Origin: a virus
Length of the DNA: 64,000 nt
Virus record (IMG/VR): IMGVR_UViG_3300027743_000002
Coordinates: 10,679-74,678 of that record
Reading direction: 5' to 3' (one strand)
The notes below the pieces were generated by a model. That model did not search any database, was not told the origin of the DNA, and worked only from the letters and a program-made list of their open reading frames with translations. The position numbers were made by a program, and so were the translations under genes. How positions within the stretch are numbered: position 1 is the stretch's first letter; the number at the start of each line of letters is the position of its first letter. Below are positions 57,039 to 64,000 of this stretch, piece after piece.

Positions 57039-60000
57039 TTAGAGCGTTTTTAAGCGAGCCAAAACAGCATCCACAAAGCGCATTCTCATTTCTGTTTGTT
57101 CGTCGCTTTCATCATCCCAAAAGAGATAGCAAGCCTTATCCCCTGTTTTAGTCTTCCAGCCCGCGTCAATAACGCCTAGGATCGCGCCACTAACCGCGCC
57201 GGATGAGTACACGCGATCCTTATTGCCCTCAAGAATGCTAATAACTGCGTCCAAGTCGTCAAGGATAGCGTGACTCATGTTGTTACCGCCTTTCTCGGTC
57301 TCCCTAAAGCCCTGGGATAGTTCCTTACCAGTTCAGCTTGTTTCTCAGTCAAGACAAAGACTCTCCCGATCTGTTTCGGTTTAATGTTCAAGAGTCTAAT
57401 CCTATTGGTTAGTTGTCGTTGTTTAACCTTTAGTTCAGCTTCTAGGTCTTTTGTTGTGATATAATTCATTCGTGTCCTTTCGGTGTAACTTGCTTATAAT
57501 TGCTCAGTAGTTCTTTGAATTACGCTCTTTGCTCCCCGTCGTCAGGTTCTTTCCATTCGTTGCAGTTGTCACAGTCAAAGCACTCGGTGTTGCCGTCGCT
57601 TGCATCGTGTCGTCCGCAAGGATGGTTGCAAGAGGCGCAACGAAGATCGCAGTCGGACGGATCGCCCCAATGTCGGCAAAACGGGCCGCTCTCGTAGTTT
57701 TCCCAGTCAGCCATTTTCAATTCACCTCCGTTCTGCCACTTCTTCTAGTACAGCGTCTAAGTCTGCTAGAATCTCGTTGTCGTCGTCACAGTCAGCGTTC
57801 TTTGAGTCCACGACGCCCTGAGAGACGTTTTCAGGTATTGGTTGAGGGTTAGTACCATTCAGAGCAGCCCGCGCTATATTGCCCGCGCAACGATGACCGT
57901 CAGCAACATCAACGCTGCTTACTTCGTAGGACTGATGCGGATGTTCGGCAATCTCGCGTAAGGCGGATTCTAGTTCACTAATACGTGCTAGTAGTTGCTC
58001 TCTGTCGTTTGGTTCTTTAGTGACAGCGGCGTGTCCGTCGCGGTGAAAGCCGCATCTCACACAGAATAATTGTGGTGCGCGGAAACTGTCGCAACCCTCA
58101 GTAATCGTAGTCATAACTACTCTTTCTCCTTCTTCGTCGTCATAGTTTAAGGTTACAAAGCGGCTGAATTGATAACCGTAGCAGCCGCTACTACGGACTT
58201 GAAGAACTAGAGCGATAGTTTACGTGTACCGCTAACACGACAAGCGGGATCAGACGCTCGCTTGTATTTCCTCAAGAGTTTGGCACTCATACTTGGCGCA
58301 ACACTCATCACAAGATTTACAGTGGTCACAAGTTGCTGGCTTAAAGCACGTCTCACATTCGTCGTCTTCGTCGTCGCTTTTTTCTTCCTCTTTGTCCACT
58401 TCTTCGATATAATGCTCAGCAATTTCATAGAAGTTGACTTCAGAGATAGCCGCACCAAGCAAGTCAGCGAACATGGAAGCGGATTGATTAGCCGAGTCCA
58501 GCATTTCTTGTGCGGACTCCTCAATTTGTTCTTTGATTAGCGCGGCCAACGTATTGATAGCGGCTTGCTCGCGTGTCTGATAGGATTCGGCTTCAGCTTC
58601 GTTGTAAACCTCTTGCGCGGCTTCCTGCCAATAGGCTTGCGATCCTTCGTCGTTATCGAGCCACAAGTTGACGTTCCAGGTTTCGTAATTAGTCCATCCG
58701 TTGTAAGTTTTATCGTTTGACATGAGCTGATCCTCTCATCTAGTTTTGTACTCTCTCAGAGTAAATAAAGGGTTTAGGCGTTCTTTTCGTTAAGGCTTGG
58801 ATGTCGGCGTAGAGAGTTTGCCAATGCTTTTGTCGAATGCGTTTAATTCGGCATTAACCTCTTTTTGAGCCTTTAGCGCGTCACGCTTATTGCCCGATGT
58901 CCACCGTTTTCAATACCCAATGCGAAGCGCGATATGGACGCAATCGCGTGCTTACTTCGATATTCCAGCCTCCGTTTTGGTCCTTGGATATTCTGGTGTC
59001 TGTTCGTTTACGCATTGAAATAACCTCGTGGTAAGATTGAAACGATCGCTTGAGGCTTTAATTCAGGCTTGAAGGTTGAGCTATTAGCCAACGACATATA
59101 CGGAGCATCCTTGTCGTTGGTGAGCCAAACAGTTTGCGGCAAGCGCGACGAATCAGCTTCGACATGAGCGAGCACTAAAGCATCGCAGTAAATCTCTTGT
59201 CGCTTAGTTCTCTTGCTTGAAAACCGCTTACCTGTTGTGAATTGCGTGTGCATGGTAACTATTTCTCCTTCTTTCAATTAGGGTTAGATAACTCAATAAG
59301 AAGCAATCGCGGTTAAGTGGTTAATTCCCAAGCGCGTTACATGCTGCGCTTGCGCTTTCGAAGCTGGTAAAGTCAAAGCCGAACCAGCATTTTTGTTTCG
59401 GATCGTACAAGTCGAATTTGCCGTCTGACTCGCATATCCAATAGCCGTTGACTTCTGTGCAATTACTTGGCATTTTGTCTCCTAGAAGTAGATGTGATCG
59501 TAGGCTAACAAGCCCTTGATTGTTTCTTCGTCGCCTTTGTCGAGTGCCTTAATCAAGTCAGTCATTTCATCGGAGACGAAGCACTGTGAACGACCTTTGG
59601 TAACATGTCCACGAGACGCCATGTTTTCAAGGACTTTGTAGGCTTTGGAGTAGCAATGCTGTGCTCCTGACCATTCTGGAAGGTTACTCATAAAATGATG
59701 CCTTTCTGCGATTGCTTTCTTATTCGGTTATCAAACAACTATTTAGCCTCATCAGTGACTGCATTACAGTCAGAACGTGGTATAATCACCACGTTTTCGG
59801 CTTAGACTAGATTGTGAATATGCGGCAAACGACGCGTAAAGTTCTTAGGATCACTCGAATCTCCACCGAGCCATTCTTGTTGCGGATGAGACATATAAGC
59901 CAATGATCCAAGCGACTGTTGAATGTCTACAATATCGCGGCCTAAGCGAAATGCTTCGTTATCCCAAGCGAGCGTGAACATCGCATCCAGTCGCGTTTTC

Positions 60001-60325
60001 ATCTCGCGCAATTCGCTCTCAATTGCGTCATATTGTTCAATGGTTAGTGTGTTGGTCATTGGTTATCTAACTCCTTTGTTGTTTCAATTCTCGAACTGGT
60101 TTAGCTCAGTGAAGTTGCTACATGACGCGAGATGTAAGCCATTGCCTCATCCAGCGTAACGCCGAAAGAAAGGCTATTTGCATAAGTGATGCGGATTAAA
60201 TTGCCGCTAAGTGGCGTAACAGTAAAAGACTTCGCCCAATCCGGTCTCTGTGAAAGCGCGACATCAAAACGATGTGCTAGATTAGGAACGGGGCAAGACG
60301 TGGTAATAGTTGAACGAGTATCCAT
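57039..60325 (-). CDS. early-type small gene array (57039, 57520, 57722, 58250, 59008, 59321-59473, 59482, 59802, 60101)
   Basis: Co-oriented short ORFs with strong RBS; 58250 begins YNGWTNYETWNVNLW. Confidence 0.65.
57275..57469 (-). CDS. HTH protein with AT-hook-like GRPRK
   Basis: ITTKDLEAELKVKQRQL..IKPKQIGR..GRPRK. Confidence 0.65.
   Translation of the reverse strand: MNYITTKDLEAELKVKQRQLTNRIRLLNIKPKQIGRVFVLTEKQAELVRNYPRALGRPRKAVTT
59745..59802 (-). ncRNA. type II hammerhead ribozyme
   Basis: AGCC-GAAA-ACGUGGU[gauuau]ACCACGU-UC-UGACUG[uaaug]CAGUCA-CUGAUGA-GGCU: full catalytic core and three perfect stems. Confidence 0.9.
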
Positions 60326-60363
60326 GAAATCTCCTTTATCAAGTAAGCATCGAACAAGTACGC

Positions 60364-60395
60364 TTATACTCTCATCGGTATTGATACGTCAATAC
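60364..60395 (-). promoter_or_regulatory. early promoter with palindromic operator-like site
   Basis: TTGACG, 18 bp, TATAAG; gtattga-tacg-tcaatac inverted repeat overlaps the -35. Confidence 0.55.
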
Positions 60396-60498
60396 AATTC
60401 TTCTCTCAAGAGCATTATTAAAGCGCGATACTGTTCGCCCTTTGTACGCCAATAAAAGAACTTGCTAAAACATTGAGTAAATTGCTAAGGTTTAGCGC

Positions 60499-60960
60499 AT
60501 GAGTGCAGTACTTGAGCAAGAACGGCCAACAAACGCGCTACAACGCCGACCTCACGAGTACTACTCACCCGAACGCAAAGCTGAAGTCCTAAGCCTCCTA
60601 GACGCAAACCAGGGCAACCTCAGACTCACAGCAAAAGATACTGGCGTTGACAAGGAAACTATCCGCTATTGGATTCAAAACCGCCACAAATACGCCGAAC
60701 TTCAACCTAAAAAGCTAATTGATCTTGCTCAAATTGCTGAAGATAACGCCCGTAAACTCGGAATTAACATCTCCACAATGGACTTGTCAGAAGTACCATT
60801 GAACCATCAGGCAACAGCATTCGGGATAATGATCGACAAAATGCAGCTTTTACGGGGTTTACCGACCAATATCACCGAATCGGTAGAACGCCAAGATGTA
60901 ACCGTGATCCTTCAGACAGCTCTCAGCGATGCAATCGACATAACACCTGAACGTGAGTAG
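60499..60960 (+). CDS. terminase small subunit-like HTH protein, leaderless
   Basis: YSPERKAEVL..TAKDTGVDKETIRYW; ATAFGIMIDKMQLLRGLPT; upstream TTGCTA-18 bp-TAAGGT. Confidence 0.55.
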   Translation: MSAVLEQERPTNALQRRPHEYYSPERKAEVLSLLDANQGNLRLTAKDTGVDKETIRYWIQNRHKYAELQPKKLIDLAQIAEDNARKLGINISTMDLSEVPLNHQATAFGIMIDKMQLLRGLPTNITESVERQDVTVILQTALSDAIDITPERE

Positions 60961-61245
60961 ATACTAGATGTTGTGGTTTCAACACATCTGCCTTGATTCG
61001 TAAGTTATGTTGCCTCATGTAATACCGCTAACACCTACGCTTACACACACTTAGCACGTTTAACACAGTTAACATAATGACAATTATCAGACGCGTTCTT
61101 GGTTGAACGGGGTGGGTGGGAGATCGATCTTTCCGGCTGGATTGCCAGGACGACCCGCCTCCTTTCGCGACCCACGCGTCGATCTAACGGTCGCCTTTAG
61201 CGTATTGCGAGAGGTTCGTTTGGGGAAGCCTTTCAAAGAAACATG

Positions 61246-61274
61246 TTGACGGTGGGCGGTGGACGGAGTACGAT
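61246..61274 (+). promoter_or_regulatory. sigma70 promoter
   Basis: TTGACG, 17 bp, TACGAT; ATG 9 nt downstream. Confidence 0.65.
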
Positions 61275-61283
61275 ACACGGCAT

Positions 61284-61706
61284 ATGGAATACCAAAGTAA
61301 GAGTTACCGATTGGATGAAGAAGTGGTGAATTGGCTGGAGAGCTTAAAACTGCTTCATGGGAGCGTGAACAAGGCGTTGCGGGATGTAATGGAGCGGGTT
61401 GGGGCGCGGGGGGCAGTTGGAACGATAACGGTTAATTCTGAGAAGAAGACCGCGACTGTTAATTTGCTGACTGAGGACTTTGATCCGCGCTCGATTGAGG
61501 GAGTTTCCACTGGCTTCCCGCCGAAAAAGGTATCTGCGGGCTATTCCTGCGAGTGTAAGCACAATGCGGTGCATCACACGGGGCGGAGGTTCCTGTCGGA
61601 GCGGCGGGGAGATACGCTTTGTCCCGATTGCATTGAGAGTGGACACGATGGGGAGCCGCGAGATTGTCGAGAATGTCCAAATGGAGAAGGAACAGGAGCG
61701 TTATGA
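61284..61706 (+). CDS. RHH-like N-terminus plus Cys-rich C-terminus
   Basis: SKSYRLDEEVVNWLESLKLLHGSVNKALR; CEC..CPDC..CREC. Confidence 0.6.
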   Translation: MEYQSKSYRLDEEVVNWLESLKLLHGSVNKALRDVMERVGARGAVGTITVNSEKKTATVNLLTEDFDPRSIEGVSTGFPPKKVSAGYSCECKHNAVHHTGRRFLSERRGDTLCPDCIESGHDGEPRDCRECPNGEGTGAL

Positions 61707-63851
61707 TGTCAAATAGCGAGTTAACCACCGCAATTTTAGCAAAAATCGAAGAAACAAGCACGTTTATTCACGATTCTGACCAAAGATCAGCGTTGGGGAT
61801 GGCGCGGTCGTGGATTAATCACGGGAAGTTGGATACGTGGAATCCAGAGCGGCACAAGGACATGATTGAGTACCCAAAGCGCGACCAGTTGGCGAAGGAT
61901 TTAGTGGCGATTCTGGAGGAGAGCGGAGCCGAGGAAGAAGAAATGGTGGCCGCGCTAAAAGAGACCCGTGACAAGATCAATGCGCCGTATTTTGACCCGA
62001 ACTCAAATGGGGCGCAGGGCAAAAACCCGAATTTCAAGAAGAAGAAGGGTGAAAATGGATAGTGACGACGTTGACGCCTTGAGCAGTTTATTTGGCTGCA
62101 TATTTCAGTTAGTTTTGGCGATTGTGATTTTGGTAGTGGCGATCCATTTTGCGGCGAAGTATTGGTAGGGAAGGACGTAAACAAGAAAGGATAAAATCAT
62201 GGGCTGGTGTAGTGGTACAGAAGTGTTTGACCAGATTGCGGCCATCGTGTTGAGCGATAAACCGCTTGATAAAAAGGCCACGCTCAAGGCGGTGATTGAG
62301 TCACTTGAAAACAGTGATTGGGACTGTCAATCGGATAGCTGGTATTGGGATAATCCCGTTGTGCAGGAAATTATGCGCGAGCTGCATCCCGCTTGGTTTG
62401 AAGATGAGGTAGACAGCAATTAAGTGTTAGGGGGAGCGTAAAATGCTGAAGAATGCAGGACTTTATCGAATCCATTGGGAAGAATCTGCGGGAGGCGGCA
62501 CATCTTTGGCCGCTGTGGGGGTTCAATCCTGATGGTTCACAGTGGATTGCGCCGACGAATTGGGTGAACGGGCCGTTGCCGCTCGATAAAATCGTGGATA
62601 TTCGGTACATGGAGAAGATTGTTACCGAAGTGGACGAAGCTGAATTTCCGGTGGCAGTGCTTGGAGAGCGTCCGGTGGTGGAAATCGACTTGTGTTTCTC
62701 CGTTATTGATCAAGGAGTGATTGACTTGGCCTATCGAGAGGTCTTGCAGCAGTTCAAGCAGAACCGCATGGGCGTAGACATCTTGATTAAGCGGGTGCCA
62801 ACCACGATTGGGCCACCACGTCTAATTTGCGACTACGGGCAAATTTATGAAGCGTTGGTCGATGTTTTGCAGATGTCAAAGAACGCTGAAATTACTGAGC
62901 ATATTAGCATAAAAGAGGGATAAATGCCGTTAATATCGGATGGTAGAAGCCGTGGAGATTTGGCAACGGGGGAGTGGAATAAGCACAGCCCGCTTCCCGT
63001 TTGTAAAGGTTGCGGCCAAGTCATTGAAACGATGTGGGCGATCCCTGCTCATATAGATCATCGTCCGTTTGAGGTAATTTACCCTGAGCGCGATGGCCGA
63101 ATGAATTTCAAGATTTACGGTAATGACACGTCAGGAGAGTGAGGGCAAGTGAAAATTATTATCCGACAAGGTAAAACGAGTCGCTGGCTAGAGTGGCCCT
63201 TTAATCTGGTGGGGAGTCGTGCTGATTTACGCCAACTTGCGGAGATGATTTTAGAGCAAACCCGCGATGAGAACTTTAGCTACGGAACGCTCTACATTCA
63301 GCCACGCTACATCTTTGGCGAACCCAATACCGCGCCTTCGCCGTGGGAGCCTGAATTGTCAAACAACTAGTGAGCATTTTACCACGTAACAGAGATGTAA
63401 GTGGGTATTAATAAGGAGAGCGGATGAGCGAAGAATTACCCTTAGTTCCACCCAAAAGAACCATTGAATGCCCGCACTTGATTTCGGCCACCTTGGGCAA
63501 CGTAGCCTTCTGTACGATGTGCGGAGTGAAATGGCGAGCGCGAGACACCTGCGACCACGGAGTCTCGTTGCGTGACCGTTGTTATGAATGCGCACCGCGT
63601 CAGATGGCTTGGTGGCAGCGATTTTTGGCGCGACTGTCAAATAGCAAGTAGGAGAGTAATTTGTGACCAAGAAACCCAAGCGAAGCCGAACGTCACGGCG
63701 CAACCTGAAGCGGTTGAGTCAGCCACAGTTGGTCGAACGTCGCCTACGTCGCAGGTGGAGACAGCGGAAGTGTCTCGGCCACTTGATAGACCAATTCTGG
63801 AATCAACCGAGTGGATGGGAGTGGTTGACTCGTTCTTTTCCTAATCCATAA
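61703..63851 (+). CDS. cluster of small hypothetical genes
   Basis: Co-oriented packed ORFs at 61703, 62199, 62453, 62924, 63149, 63424 and 63663. Confidence 0.55.
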
Positions 63852-63918
63852 TGGCTTTATCATCCTAAAATCAGAAAGGACTGCTGCTTAGAGTAAAATT
63901 GTACGGAAAAGTTGGAGA

Positions 63919-63942
63919 TGAGGGCCGCTTTCGGGTGGCTCT
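63919..63942 (+). other. hairpin with UUCG loop
   Basis: gagggccgct-ttcg-ggtggctctc with G-U pairs on +; no U tract. Confidence 0.4.
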
Positions 63943-64000
63943 CGTCGTCTATGGAGAGCACTAAAGCAAAACTTGTTGATTTAATCTGGCACACGCATTA

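Noticed and set aside
60059-60068. AGATAACCAA near an early gene RBS as a second TnpB guide target
   Set aside because: Only 10 nt, with the first two putative guide positions mismatched; chance is a sufficient explanation.

Overview
The whole window looks like part of a tailed dsDNA phage genome with podovirus-style (P22/T7-like) virion genes, probably infecting a diderm host. Layout: 1-35.7 kb is a + strand virion module (portal, two ejection-type proteins including a 1898-aa protein with an N-terminal lytic transglycosylase, adaptors, tail nozzle, fibres and spikes). 35.7-49.7 kb is a - strand module of small genes, nucleases, an SSB-like gene, a Cas4-like exonuclease and a TnpB. 49.8-57 kb is a + strand region with a Cro-like HTH and a lysis cluster (GH19 endolysin, several small membrane proteins). 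57-60.4 kb holds - strand early-type small genes, and 60.5-64 kb holds a terminase-small-like gene and small ORFs. I recognise no major capsid, large terminase, integrase, polymerase, helicase or primase gene here. Most notable: (1) a glycosylation island in the tail module, where a 1789-aa multi-glycosyltransferase/methyltransferase protein and a split GT9 are flanked by four proteins with (Gly-[Phe/Tyr/x]-Ser)n tracts; (2) five consecutive signal-peptide genes (fibre/spike-like proteins plus an outer-membrane beta-barrel), one sharing its tip domain with the virion spike; (3) a candidate ~570-nt structured ncRNA; (4) a TnpB lacking the canonical RuvC-II Glu and flanked by a 12-bp direct repeat; (5) a type II hammerhead ribozyme among the early genes. 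All family assignments come from reading motifs by eye, not from database searches.
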